Source: Octopus sinensis (taxonomy: Eukaryota). Taken from it: a stretch of DNA of 64,000 nt. The notes beneath the pieces were generated by a model. The model was not told the origin of the DNA, did not search any database, and worked only from the letters and a program-made list of their open reading frames with translations. The position numbers were made by a program, and so were the translations under genes. Below, piece by piece: positions 1-13,263 of the stretch; position 1 is the stretch's first letter; every line of letters starts with the position of its first letter. The stretch spans positions 16,554,001-16,618,000 of the forward strand of contig NC_043015.1 of assembly GCF_006345805.1 (NCBI RefSeq), in the 5' to 3' direction.

Positions 1-1050
1 TCCTATGTATAACTATGCATGTATGTATGCATCCATGCATATATGTATGTAAGTTCGCTATCTCTCCATGTATTTACGCAAAAGAAGGCTTAGTTACTCA
101 TAAATTCAGCCAGTTAACACAATGATGACTCCCTAACTAGAATATTGTTGATGTTATTGTGGTTTAATCTGAGATCAGCCCTGACTGAGTGGAACTAGTA
201 TCGAAGGCTTTGCTGCTGTAAATATTTCTATCTTGTTATTATCATGTCCTTCCTCTTTTTTTTAAAGATTGTATGCTGTGACTTGAGGGAGATTTGGTTG
301 TTATTACTATTAGATTAGGGACTTCCTTATTTGTTTGACTAAAGTATAGTTAAATCCAGAGGGGCATTACTTCAATTTTCCAAGGAAGATGTGACAATGG
401 TTGAAACTATAACAGAAGAATAAATATTGCACCAACTATTTAAGGTTACAACCCAAACATCTGACCTGAAAATTGGGGGCACAAATGAATATTTGCTACC
501 AATGTATTGTAGCTATGAATATATGTTTCTAGGTTAACATATAAAATCAAATTGTGTAAAATAGTTGCTGACAGTTTTAATAGGAAACAGACAAAACTGA
601 AAGATGATGGAGCTGCATAAATGGACAAATAGATTTTTAAGTGGAAATAAAAAATGAATAATAGAATCTGCAGGGAAAACATATGAATAACTCAAATAGA
701 CATAAGAATTGTGAAGAAAAATAGTGTTGCTGGAAGTAGGTGACAGCTACACAGTAGCTCCCCTAATTAAAACAACTTGGTTGAATGTTACTAGGTAAAA
801 ATGAACATCTAGTTCCTTTTAATTTAGAATCTTGCTCACTTTCTTGTCATGGCCTTGAAAGTGACAGCTGAAACATAAAATGGATGCTTCAAAATTTCTA
901 AGCCTTTTCTGTTAATTCAAGAGCTCTGTTTTCTTTATTAATGTGTTTGTGTATGTCTATTTGTGCATCTGTGTTTCAGTGTCTGTTTGTGCACCGTGTG
1001 TATCTGTATGTGCATATGTGAGAGAGTGTGTGTGTGTAATAAAACAAATA

Positions 1051-1257
1051 TTGATTTCAAAATTTGGCACATAGCCAGGGGATGGGATAAGTCGATCCCG
1101 TTGACCCCAGCCCTCAACTGGTACTTATTTTATTGACCCTGAAAGAATGAAGGACAAAGTTGACCCTAGCAGAATTTGAACTCAGGATGTAAACATGGAC
1201 AAAGTGCTGCTAAGCATTTCCCCCAGTATACTAACAATTCTACCAGCTCGCTGCCTT
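1051..1257 (-). mobile_element. tRNA-derived SINE (family A)
   Basis: Diverged reverse-complement match to the copies at 16971-17178 and 54551-54751 (B-box GAGTTCAAAT, central CCTTTCATCCTTTCGGGGTCGATAA-like block). Confidence 0.8.
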
Positions 1258-1284
1258 AAACAATACAAATATTGTCAAGTCTTT

Positions 1285-1500
1285 TCGTGATGATATGAGA
1301 GCATGTTGTAATTGATGAAAGACACTCAGATACTATTTTCACCGTTTTCAATCAGTGGTGATGTAAAACAGGAGACTGTTACTCCTCCTGCACTATTTAC
1401 TAATATATTTCACAATAGCCTAATTTTTCAATTGCTCTTTGAGTATTTATATACACTACTGCACAACTCAAATGGAGCAATTCTAAATCACAGAGTTTTG
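1285..1500 (+). pseudogene. RTE-clade LINE reverse-transcriptase relic
   Basis: Translates across stops as SFRDDMRA...PFSISGDVKQETVTPPALFTNIF, resembling the RTE RT motif SFHDDM...PF.I..GVKQGCVLAPTLF. Confidence 0.65.
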
Positions 1501-2324
1501 TATCTGTGGTGAGAGACCTTTTGTCCAAATTACTACGGAAAAAATTTTGACATGTGACCTGATCAGCCATACCAGAAATCTTGATAAAACTATTATTCTT
1601 TATCAGCCTGCCCTGGAAAGCTTTGGTGTGGATTCTAAAATAACAGTATATGACAATAATTTGTAAAACAGATTTTCCCTCAAATATCCTGGCATCATAT
1701 TAAACAGGAGATACAGCTGTTAAACGCGCTTGCATGCGTGCACATGTGTGTGTTTTTTGAAAGTTTTCAAAAGCACTATGACAGTTCAGAATATGAGACA
1801 AGTTAGTTTAGCTTTCAATGTAGTTCAATGATATGGAGCATTGCAGGAAAAAGCTGACAGACGTTTACAAGGCTGTATGTGTAGAGATAAGGACTACCCC
1901 AGAGTCTTCAGAGACTATTTTACATTAAAATAGTCCTCACTTTTCTCAATCAAATTTTTGATTTTTCAAAACTAGTTTCTTTTAACATGGTATTTATTGA
2001 ATGATAACTAGTTTGTGTTAGTAGTATACATCAAAGATTTTGTTGTCATAGAATATGAGAGTACAAAAAAAAAAACAGGGATTCACAAACGGGGAAAGGT
2101 GCTAAGTATTTTGAGAAGAGTACATGATAAAAAATGGTATATAGAGGTGGCAATAATTGGATAGTAATGTTAAAAGTTGATTCTTTATTAGTACATTATT
2201 TATAAAGACGTAGATTATTTTTTTTAACAATATAAATTGTTTACTAAATATTGTTGTGAGTATGTTAACTACAGGCTGAACTATTTATGCGCTAATTATT
2301 TAGTGAAAGCCTAAGTGGCCATTC

Positions 2325-2590
2325 TGTGATGGTGGTGGTGGTGGTGATGGTGGTAGTAGTGATAGTGGTGGTGGTAATGGTGGTAGGAATAGTGATGGTG
2401 GTAGTCATGGTGGTGATGGTTGAGGTATTGGTGACAGTGATCAGTCATGGTGGTTGTAATGACAGTGATGGTTGTGATAGCTGTGTTGTTGACATTGTTG
2501 TTGGTAGAGTAAGTGGTAGTTGTGCTGTACTGCTTGAGTTAGTAGTGAGGGAAGTCCTCATAGTGGTGGTTAGAGTATTGGCAACAGTGT
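2325..2590. repeat. Degenerate (GTG/GTA/ATG)n low-complexity tract
   Basis: Visible triplet periodicity; produces the spurious Val-rich ORF. Confidence 0.85.
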
Positions 2591-3606
2591 TGTGGCCAGT
2601 GTTTAGCTAATTGAACAGACCTATGATCAAGGGCGCTCTAATTGTGACCATCCCATCTTTTTCATGCAGGAAACCACAACATTATTCAGCTCGTCTATTC
2701 TTAATAGTGTTTGGGTGTAAATGTGTGTGCATGTATTTATAGTGTATTTATATGTGTGTAAATGTGTTTATGTGAGGGCTTATATACAAATGTACAGATG
2801 GGTGGAGTTAGTGTATATATTCTCATGTGTAGATAAGTAGATGAGCAGATTAATAAATATATAGGGAAATAGAGATATATAATATAATATGATATTTAAA
2901 ATTTAAATGCTCTCTGCAAGAAGGGCTCTGAGGAAGTTATAAGAAGTTGCACAAACATTCATCTCCAAGTATAATGCTTCTTATAGCAGAAATAGCAGTG
3001 AGCTAATGAAAGTGATTATGTCACTTCTGTTCTTTTATCATTCATCATTAACTGATATATACATATACATACATGCTATGTGTGTATATATTTGTTTCCT
3101 TTTAGATTAAATCATTATATAATTGCAAAGATACATTTGAGTCATTGAAAAAACTGTAGGAAATGAAATATTTAAAATGTTAATGGTATTTTTGTCTTCT
3201 GTTTTTTGTATATTTGTAAGTAAATAGGCATGTGTGTGTGTGTGCATCTCCTTATTTTGACATCATGAGTTATGTGCAAGAAAATGTCACCATCATACAA
3301 ACTGTGTCATACACATGCAATCATCTGCAAAATCTTGCCCAACCATTGTGCTGTTCATGTTTGAAGCATTGGGAGAAAATATTACTTTCATGGATCTGGC
3401 CATAGAAAATGTACTTCATCAAATTTTGTCAAACTCTAATAATTATAGCAAAGTGATAAGGATGAGGATGATACATATATATATACTCTGTGCAACAGAA
3501 ACACATGTCGGTCATTACAACCAAATAATTATGCTGTATGACCAACTATAAAATTAAACTAAACATTTGTTGATGCACCAGTCTCCATATTCTTTATAAT
3601 TGCTTG

Positions 3607-3687
<81 letters not shown>

Positions 3688-4241
3688 CGTATATGTATAT
3701 TTGTGTTTATCTTTGATTAGTTTCTCATTTGCTCTGAAACTCATAACTAGCAATACTACTCAGTATAAAAGTTATGACAACTCGAGAGAAAGTAAACTGG
3801 ATGATGAAAGCCTACATGGAGTTCTAAACATGATAATAGCAGTCATACATTTACTTGTACACACAATTTCTATATTATTATATATATATATATATATCAT
3901 CAACAGTATTTTTTTCCATGCTTGTATGGGTTGTACAGGTCTTTTCTAACAACCTCACTTTACTTGTCATGATCACTTGTCATATTTTTTGTCACGTTCA
4001 ACATCCTGAGATCTGTCTGTGTATGTATGTATGTATGTATGTGTGTGTGTGTATATATATATATGAATAAAATTTATATATAAAGAAACAAGAACGTGAA
4101 ATACACAAAGGGACGAACACAGAAAACAAACGGGTCATTCGAAGCCTTTAATCTTCAGTCAGAAACCGGATCATCATAGCAAATTTCGGCTGATTAATTC
4201 TGATATTTGCTCCAACGCGGCCAGCGTTGTGGTATATATAT

Positions 4242-4479
4242 ATATATGAGTGTATATGTATGCATGCATGCATACATATATACATACATACGCAATCATG
4301 CATGTGTGTATGTATGCGTGTACATACATATATACACATACATCTTTAAAAATAAGCTTTTGACACCTTCTCTCTATACAATTGTCATTACCATTAATGC
4401 TATTAATGCAATCGCTATTATTATCTATTTTTTGTTTTTGTATTGTTTTCTTTTAGGATTTAATTTTCTATGTACTTTT
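4242..4479 (+). repeat. About 235-bp direct repeat, copy 1 (copy 2 at 5401-5631)
   Basis: Near-identical microsatellite mosaic followed by catctttaaaaa...tgttttcttttaggatttaattt in both copies. Confidence 0.85.
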
Positions 4480-4484
4480 CATTC

Positions 4485-4700
4485 CTTCTGACCATGTCTT
4501 CTTCAGTCCTCTTTTTCTGAATGTTCCTTCCACTTGGACCTCCTGGCACTTCTTTACCTTACTCTCATCCTCCATATACATCACATATCCATATGCGCAT
4601 TGTCTTCTCTTATGTATAATGCAACTGGTTCCTCTTATTTTAACTTTTTGTCTCATTTGTGTTCTGTCATTTGATGTACACTTACATTACACATTCATTG
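4485..4700 (-). pseudogene. RTE LINE ORF C-terminal relic
   Basis: KRRQCAYGYVMYMEDESKVKKCQEVQVEGTFRKRGLKKTWSE resembles the RTE C-terminus RRLRWYGHV.RM......V.G...RGRP.KTW.E. Confidence 0.7.
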
Positions 4701-4748
4701 GTGCACATACTCATTTCATTATACGTCCTTACATTTAGATCCTCTTAC

Positions 4749-4932
4749 ATTGTGATATGTAAAAACCTCCTCCAGTATATCTAATCTGCCCCAGTTTTTT
4801 TCACTCCTATCCAACAGGACCTCATGCATTTGATCTCTTTCTAGAATGTCTAGTGCCAACTGTTCAACAACTTCCTTCTCCAATTTCCTACTTCTGATAT
4901 CTATGTCATTGAAGTATTTGCATACTGATTTC
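4749..4932 (-). CDS. Probable internal exon of an unidentified host gene
   Basis: Acceptor ttttatgccttccag|G and donor CACAAT|gtaaga bound 184 nt that read open as KSVCKYFNDIDIRSRKLEKEVVEQLALDILERDQMHEVLLDRSEKNWGRLDILEEVFTYHN; non-repetitive, protein-like composition. Confidence 0.6.
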
Positions 4933-5343
4933 CTGGAAGGCATAAAATATGTATGTGTATGTGTATTAAATACCACAAATTAGTAGATTAATTGTCCATT
5001 ACTGCACAGTTTTATCAGTAGAATTTTTCAAATGATATACGTAGATTTATTTATATGTTGCCATCTTCAGAAATTATGGAATCCTGTATCATGTGCAAAA
5101 TAGACCACATGATCCCTGTGAATTGATCTACACATACCATTTGAAAAATCCTACTAATGAAACTGTACAGTAATGGATGGTTAACTAACCTAGTTATATT
5201 TTCAATGCATACACATTCACTCCACAATAGCATTGAGTTCTTTTTGTACATTTTCTATTTCATCATATGTTGATAAACATTATGGTATATGTATGTGTGT
5301 ATGTATGTCTGCATGTATGTGTATGTATGCACGTTTGTATGTA

Positions 5344-5389
<46 letters not shown>

Positions 5390-5400
5390 ATATATTATAT

Positions 5401-5631
5401 ATATATGAGGGTATATGTATGCATGCATGCATACATATATACATACATACACAATCATGCATGTGTGTATGTATGTGTGTACATACATATATACACATAC
5501 ATCTTTAAAAACAGTTTTTGGCACTGTCTCTCTATACAATTGTCATTAATGCTACTAATGCAATCGCTATTATTATCTATTTTTTGTTTTTGTATTGTTT
5601 TCTTTTAGGATTTAATTTCGTATGTACTTTT
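5401..5631 (+). repeat. About 235-bp direct repeat, copy 2
   Basis: Matches 4242-4479. Confidence 0.85.
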
Positions 5632-6193
5632 TTGCTGTACTCTTTTTTCTCTTTCCTATTTGTATTCCTAATCATGAAATAATAAAAATCAATCAGATGT
5701 TTTTAAATCTGTGTTTTTTACCACAAAATGTGATAATTGTGTTTTGTGTCCATTTTCTTTCACTCTTTTTTTTTCCTAAATGAACCAAATACTGTTACAA
5801 CAGGTAAGTAGGGCAGGTTAACAAAGTGTATTTTGTATTCATTAAAAATTAATCTAATCCATTGCTACGTCATTTACATCAAGTTAGCAAAAACTCTGCT
5901 GATATCATATTTTATGATATTTTTTTAATTTTTGTTTCTTATTCATTTCAATCTTGACATTATCGATACTGAAATGTGCATTAATCGAAAGATATTTTTT
6001 AAGTCCATTTAGTAATGACTCTAGTTTCTCAATCAATGAGAATGTTTGATATTATTTTGTACCAGCAAGAGAGAATTGTTGGAAAATTTGGAAAAAATGC
6101 CTTGTGGTATTTGTTCTGGCTCTTTTACATTCTAAGCTCAAATTTTACTGATATTAACCCTTTCAATGATATTAACCCTTTCAATGATATTAA

Positions 6194-6419
6194 CCCTTTA
6201 GCATTCAGATTACTCTGTCACATGTAATGTTTATTTATTCACATTGTTTTGAATTAATCATACACTATTTCATAGCTTTGTGAGATTTTGAAGATGTGAT
6301 TGTTTATTTTTTAAATGACATTGTAAGGTGTGCGTGAGAGAGTGGTTTGATCTGGCCAGTTTGAACATAAAGCCAGTGGGATCTTTGGGCATGATATGGC
6401 CAGTTTAAATGCTAAAGGA
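6194..6419. mobile_element. piggyBac-like MITE
   Basis: TTAA|CCCTTTAGCATT...AATGCTAAAGGA|TTAA, with TTAA at 6190-6193 and 6420-6423. Confidence 0.8.
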
Positions 6420-6489
6420 TTAATATAAAATACCAGTTAAGTACTGAGATTGATTTAATCAAATAAGCTCATCCACCAAATTCCCCAGG

Positions 6490-6845
6490 GTCCAATTGTT
6501 TGTTTTGACATGGTTTCTATAGCTGGATGCGCTTCCTAATGCCAACCACTTTACAGAGTAGACTGGGTGCTTTTTACGTGGCACCAGCACAGATGCTTTT
6601 TACATAGAATCAGCGCAAGTGCTTTTTAATGTCGCACCAACACAGGTGCTTTTTTACATGGCACCAGCACAAGCACATTTTATGTGACACCAACATAGGT
6701 GCTTTTTATGTGACACCAGCACAGATGCTTTTTATGTGGCATCAACAAAGGTGCTTTTTTATGTGGCACCAGCATAGATGCTCTATTATGTGGCACCAGC
6801 ACAGGTGCTTTTTATGTGGAACTAGCAGGGTCACCAAGTAGCTTG
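6490..6845 (-). mobile_element. RTE-type 3' tail fragment with expanded ~21-22 bp tandem array
   Basis: ctatagctggatgcgcttcctaatgccaaccac followed by about 11 units of gtgctttttatgtggcaccagcaca; same family as 19440-19660 and 38600-38912. Confidence 0.75.
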
Positions 6846-7356
6846 CAAAACAAAAGTTTAGACAAAAATGAAAAGAAATGGATAGCTCAAAGCATCACTA
6901 ATGTGCTTCCAAAGCATGGTCTATTCCAAATATGAGTCCATTGCATAACTTAATAGATGAGATTATGTAGATTTGTAAATGAGGATAAATTCTGAGATTA
7001 AGTTGCACATAATTTATCCTTGCTTGAACCAAAGCATTTTACAGATAACCTTTATTAAAATATACTATAAACAAACTGTAATTTATATAATAATACAATC
7101 ACATGAAATCCTAACAATGTACAAATATAGCATTACTCCTCTCTTTTTCTATAAACTATAAATCTTGACTTTCTTTTGATTGATCATATGGCTTATAGCC
7201 ACTTTTCCCTTCAAATAATATTCATAATAATTTTTAGTATTTCTGTACATAAATACCATATATATTTTACATGAAACTCCAACACAATTACACCTCAATG
7301 TGTCCTTCATTTTTATTTTTGTACACATCATCTTACCATATACACTTCTTAGTAAG

Positions 7357-7435
<79 letters not shown>

Positions 7436-9058
7436 CAGTTGCGGTCAAAATGTTCAGAATAGCATTGTTTTCGTCAGAAAAGTAGGTATAAGTTTTTATC
7501 AAAGTTGTTTTATATTCTATAATTTTCACAGACAATAAATATGATATTATCTGTTATTGCCTGAGATTTTGGTGTAATTTGAGAGGATAATACAAAAGTT
7601 ATGGATGATTTAGTGATTTACTGCAAAACCCATTTGACCAAAATGATCAAAACGGTTGCTTTTACTCCGTGTTTTAGTATATTTAACCGGCGAACTCTAA
7701 TGTTTTGAATTTGTTTTCGTGACGGTTCATTTACTAAACATTAGTAAGAATATCTGCTGTGTACTTTGTTAATATAATGCCACTTACTCCATTACCAATT
7801 CATCTGCAGATTATTAAGCTTCGAAAGAAGGATAATTTAAGTATTGGGTCTATTGCAAAGATTGTTAACAAGTTAAAAAGTGTTGTTCGCGGTATTCTTC
7901 AGGTCTACAATGATTGTGGTTCGTGTGAAGCAAGAAAGTCTACAGGTAGGCCAAGAAAAGTAACCAAGAGAGAAGATCGTGCTATGATAAAGTTGGTTAA
8001 AAAGGACAGATTTAAGACTGCTGCTGCTGTTTCTCAGGAAATGAGCATTGTACTGAAGAAAACTTTATCTCAAAAAACTGTGTCTCGTCGTTTAGTCGAA
8101 CATGACCTACAAGCAAGAGCACCTGCAGTGAAGCCACTGATCAGCTCCAAGAATAAAAAGTGTCGTCTTACCTTTGCAACCGAACATGTGTTGTGGTTTC
8201 AAGAAAAATGGCAAACAGTGCATTTCAGTGATGAATCTAAGTTTATGTTATTTGACTCAGATGGGAAAAGGTACATTTGTCGAAAAGTAGGTGAAAAATT
8301 GTCACCTAAATGCCTTAAGACTAGTGTTAAATTTTGGTGGAGGAATTGTCATGGTTTGGGGGATGATATCTGGAGATGATATCTGGTGCGATTACATGGA
8401 AAGGTAAATGCAGGAGTTTATAAACAACTTGTAAAAGATCATGTCTTGCTTGTGCTGAGAAATTCAACTAAGCGACCACCTATATTCATGCAGGACAATG
8501 CCCCATGTCACAAGGCTAAGGTGGTCATGAACTTCCTCAAGGCTGAAAAGGTTATTGTTATGGATTGGCCTGCTCAAAGCCCAGATCTCAATCCTATTGA
8601 AAATGTGTGGAATATTCTAGGAGAACGTTTGAAAGCCAGAAATCCTAAAACAACCAAGTAATTATGGAATGCCCTTCAGGAAGAATGGAATAAGATCCCC
8701 CAGCAAGAAATTGAAAATTTAATTTCCTCATGCAGTCGAAGATGTCAAAGTGTGATTGAAGCTAAAGGGCTTCACACTAAATATTAAATAATTCCAGTAT
8801 TCTCTGTCATTTTTGATTATTTTGTTATTTTTTTCAACCGTTTTGATCATTTTGGCCGCCATGGGTTTTGCAGTAAATCACTGAATCATCCATAACTTTT
8901 GTATTATCCTCTCAAATTACACCAAAATCTCAGACAATAACAATTAATATCGTATTTATTGTCTATGAAAATTATAGAATATAAAACAACTTTGATAAAA
9001 ACTTATACCTACTTTTCTGACGAAAACAATGCCGTTCTGAACATTTTGGCCGCAACTG
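7436..9058 (+). mobile_element. Tc1-family DNA transposon, full length, ~223-bp TIRs, TA target
   Basis: TA|CAGTTGCGGTCAAAATGTTCAGAA...TTCTGAACATTTTGGCCGCAACTG|TA; TIRs at 7436-7658 and 8835-9058. Confidence 0.97.
7777..8787 (+). pseudogene. Tc1 DD34E transposase, disrupted
   Basis: HTH region with STGRPRK, VHFSDESKF, IFMQDNAPCH, WPAQSPDLNPIE (34 aa between second D and E); frameshift/deletion near 8330-8385 and premature TAA at 8659. Confidence 0.95.
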
Positions 9059-9061
9059 TAT

Positions 9062-9219
9062 AGCTGTGTGGTAAGTAGCTTGCTTACCAAGAACATGGTT
9101 CCAGGTTCAGCCCCACTGTGTGACACCTTAGGCAAGTGTCTACTACTATAGCTTCGGGCCAACCAAAGCCTTGTGAGTGGAATTGGTAGACGAAAACTGA
9201 AAGAAACCCATCATATATA

Positions 9220-9250
<31 letters not shown>

Positions 9251-9445
9251 CTGTGTTTGTAACCCAACATTGCTTGACAACTGATGGTGATGTGTTTACA
9301 TCCCTGTAACTTAGCAGGCTGGCAAAAAGAGACCAATAGAATAAGTACTAGGCTTACAAACAATAACTTCTGGGGTTGATTTGTTCGACTTAAGGTGATG
9401 CTCCAGCATGGCCACAGTCAAATGACTGAAACAAATAAAAGAAGT
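9062..9445 (+). mobile_element. Composite tRNA-derived SINE (family B/C)
   Basis: gctgtgtggtaagtagcttgc head, ccaaagccttgtgagtgga core, (TG)n spacer, ccagcatggccacagtcaaatgactgaaac tail. Confidence 0.85.
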
Positions 9446-9470
9446 ATATATATATATATATTTTTTTTAA

Positions 9471-9625
9471 TTCTTTTATTTGTTTCAGTCATTTGACTGT
9501 AGCCATGTTGGAGCATCACCTTTTGACAAAGGAGTTGACCTCAGGTCTTATTCTTTGTAAGCCTAGTACTTATTCTATTGCTCTCTTTGCCGCATTGCTA
9601 AGTTACGGGGGTCAAACACAGAAGC

Positions 9626-9710
<85 letters not shown>

Positions 9711-9852
9711 ATGGGCTTCTTTTAGTTTCCCTCTTCCAAATCCACTCACAAGGCTTTGGTTGGCCCGAAGCTATAGTAGAAGACTCTTATCCAAGTTGTC
9801 ATGCAGTGGGACTGAACCCAGAACCATGTGATTGGTAAACAAGCTTCTTGCC
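9471..9852 (-). mobile_element. Composite SINE (family B/C), tail-to-tail with the previous copy
   Basis: Reverse complement of 9062-9445, separated by about 25 bp of (TA)n/T. Confidence 0.85.
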
Positions 9853-10077
9853 ATGCATGTGCCTATGTGTGTGTGTATATATATTTATATATATATATAT
9901 ATATATCTATATATATAAATAAAAGGTAAGAAGAGTTAGCGGTTAGAATAACCGTCTAAGGGATAAGAATATCTGTTCTTACTACCATTATCATTTACCT
10001 ATGTTAAACCTGGGCACACTATGCTCATAGAATACAGGTAATAACAGAATAAACAAAAGTTTATCAGGAATCAAATT

Positions 10078-11298
10078 TAAAATAAGCAGAAAATGGAGAA
10101 AACTTTTGATCAACAAACAAAAAAATTGCCCAACATCAGTTAATTATTTTTTAATACACAGCATAACATTTCTTACAGCCGTTTTGGCTGCCAATGTCAG
10201 TGGGAGCCACCAAAGAAAGTTCCGAAAATAATATTCATCTTTATAGCACGTTCGATCTAGTACATGGAACTTCATCAGAATGAATACAAATACATAAAAT
10301 AATAGAAGGGAAGAGAGAAGAACAGGGCCTCGAGATGAGGCCAGAAGTCTCAATATATTAGAATCATACCATTTTGTAGTGTGAAGTTTACTAAATCTTA
10401 CTTAATATATATTATAATTAATATTAGATTGTTAATATTATTAAACTTGTTATATTAACCCTTGTGTGGGCGTAGCCATACGGGGTCTAGCACAAAATTT
10501 CACTTTCATTCATGCACAATATACCTAAGAATAATACAGACCTGTACAATCAAGAGAGGGGTGCAATTAATAAGTTATTAAAATTAAGTCATGTTCTACA
10601 GTGAGGTGGTTGTGGTGTTCCTAAATGGGTAAAACTAATTGGGTTTAAATGCCCTTCATTTTAAATGTAACTAACCAAATGAAGAGATGGCTGGACTTTG
10701 GACAATTTCAATACAGACAACAGGTGATTGGTCTCTAGAATATTTCAGTAAGTACACCATTATAAAAATTTTACAGGTTTGTTTTTGGATAAATATTAAT
10801 TAGCTCTATTTACAAAATCAAAAGTACAATCCTTTTTCAAGACATATTGGTGATTCCTATTTTACTTTAGCACTAGTTTTATTTTACTGTTATTTATACA
10901 CCCTGGTACCCCTATAAAGTGAGATAACCCACAAATCATTTCTCTAGTTTATTTGCTAGTTTACTCTTTTGCCCATCGCTTCAAGCTTCACACTACAAAA
11001 TGGTATGATTCTAATATATTGAGATTTCTGGCCTCATCTCGAGGCCCTGCTCTTTCCTCTTCCCTTCTATTATTTTATGTATTTGTATTCATTCTGATGA
11101 AGTTCCATGTACTAGATCGAATGTGCTATAAAGATGACAAATATTATTTTGGGGAATTTTCTCTGTAGGCACCGACTGACATTGGCAGCAAAAATGGTCG
11201 TAAGAAATGTTATGTTATGTATTAAAAAATAATTAACCAATGTTGGGCAATTTGTTTGTTTGTTGATCAAAAGTTTTCTCCATTTCCTGCTTATTTTA
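10078..11298. repeat. Long inverted repeat: arms 10078-10386 and 10986-11298, ~600-bp spacer
   Basis: Arms align in reverse complement at roughly 85-90% by eye (e.g. gggcctcgagatgaggccagaa / ttctggcctcatctcgaggccc). Confidence 0.9.
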
Positions 11299-11308
11299 GA
11301 TTATATAG

Positions 11309-11693
11309 GTGCAGGAGTGGCTGTATGGTAAGTAGCTTGCTTACCAACCACATGGTTCTGGGTTCAGTCCTACTGCATGGTTCCTTGGGCAAGTAAGTGT
11401 CTTCTACTATAGTCCCAGGTCAACCAAAGCCTTGTGAGTGGATTTGGTAGGTCAAAACTGAAAGAAACTTGTCACATATATATATGTATGTGTTTGTGTG
11501 TTTGTCCCCCACCAACATCACTTGATAACTGATGCTGGTGTGTTTACATCCCTGTAACTTAGTGGTTCAGCAAAAGAGACTAATAGAATAAGTACTAGGC
11601 TTACAAAGAATAAGTCCTGGAGTCAATTTGCTCGACTAAAAGTGGTGCTCCAGCATGGCCACAGTCAAATGACTGAAACAAGTAAAAGAATAA
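11309..11693 (+). mobile_element. Composite SINE (family B/C)
   Basis: gcaggagtggctgtatggtaagtagcttgc...ccagcatggccacagtcaaatgactgaaac. Confidence 0.85.
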
Positions 11694-11706
11694 CAGACAA
11701 TATATA

Positions 11707-13263
11707 CCATAAAAACCCATGTAATTTGCACACCTGTGTAATTTACGGAGGTGATTTTCAGGATAAAAATTGTTAAAAATAAAAAAAGCTTCTACTCTTG
11801 TAAAATTTGCACCCAAAAGTTTCCAGAATTGCCAATATGGCTAGTGGAAAAAGGTTTTTAATTTAGTTGTATTTAGCATAATTTCACTTACTTATGATTA
11901 GATTTTATTAAATTTTCATCAAATAAAAATAATATCTGTTTAACAGGTAGAAAGCTATTAAATTATAAAGTGTTTGTGTTATTTATAATAAACTTTACTT
12001 TACATTTCTTGCCCACAAGAGAGTATGTGCGATCCTTAGCATACTTCTGTATGTCTTCTCAAATTATGATCACAGGAAAAGTTGTTCATAATTTTTACCA
12101 ACAAAAAGCTGATAAATACACACAAGTGTTGCAAGATACCAATAAACATCAGCTTGGATGACACTTTACTCAACTGACAGAGGAAGGTGACCAATCAAAC
12201 TGATTATGTAAACAGTATTCTGATTGGTCAAAAGTGTCTTCTTGTCTCAAGCTCTGATTTTCTGCCTATCCTTGTCGGAACCTTTGATACAGAGTATCAA
12301 AATTTTAATCCCTCTCACACTTATAAAATGTCAAGCAAACTTAAAAATTTGTCATTACCATTTTAGACAGGAGAACAAACTAATAGTTTAGTAACCTGCT
12401 AAAATAAAGATTGAAAATCGAAAGGAGAAAATAAACAGCTTTGCAAGTTTAACTCAGTATTTATTGAACAAAAGAAGTGCGAAATTTAAGAAGCAACTTG
12501 TTAGAATATACATGTCTGTGAGGAGACATAAACAAGAATAGCAAAAATCTACCATATCAAAAGAACTGGTAATGCATACATTACAAGTGTTCTATGAAGA
12601 GAACATAAGATTGCTGTATAATTCAACATAAATGTGAAATGACATTAAACATCGTATAAGGTAAATGAAGGTTTTTGTAGGAATGCTAAGTCATATTCAT
12701 TTAGGGAGTTTACATGCACAAGGATGTATTATGATGTTGTCATCAGCGTTAGATGCAGTAAGAGCTGGTAGCAGCAATGTGGCAGTGATGAATTTCATTG
12801 TTCTAACGTGGAGAAAGTGAGCAATAGCTTCCTGGAGGCAAACACAAGCTAAACTTCTTAAGCAGAGAAAAACTGATCTATTTAATGAAATTGTTGGGCT
12901 CCATTACAATAAGAAACTCCAAGCAATGTAAAATATGGCCCAGATTGTGATTACCAGCATGAACATCAAACTTCAAAAAGTAGTTTAATATTTAATTATT
13001 TTAGTAAATCTATACAGAAAAAGTAAGCATACTGTCCAGCATAAATAAAAGTCAACTTCATTATATTTTCTCTGTAAAAACCTATTCTGACATTAAATGA
13101 GTCAACTTCTGATACAAATGTTTACATCTGTACATCATTTCTTGACAAAATAAAATTCCCCAAAAATTCTGGAAATGATCTACTCATCTAGTTTACACAC
13201 CCACTAAAATTTATTTTTGTTTTTGTGAAAAAAAAAGTGTGTAAATTACATGGGTTTTTACAG
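11707..13263. mobile_element. Old TcMar/pogo-like DNA transposon relic
   Basis: TA|CCATAAAAACCCATGTAATTTGCACAC...GTGTGTAAATTACATGGGTTTTTACAG|TA; interior decayed, with only a faint HTH-like remnant near 12760-12830. Confidence 0.65.

Noticed and set aside
4066-4235. Microsatellite-embedded repeat with CTGAAGA and CGAAA
   Set aside because: The motifs are in the wrong order or spacing for a hammerhead.
6570-6830. CRISPR-like array
   Set aside because: Tandem ~21-22 bp units without unique spacers, part of an RTE-type tail, in a eukaryotic context.
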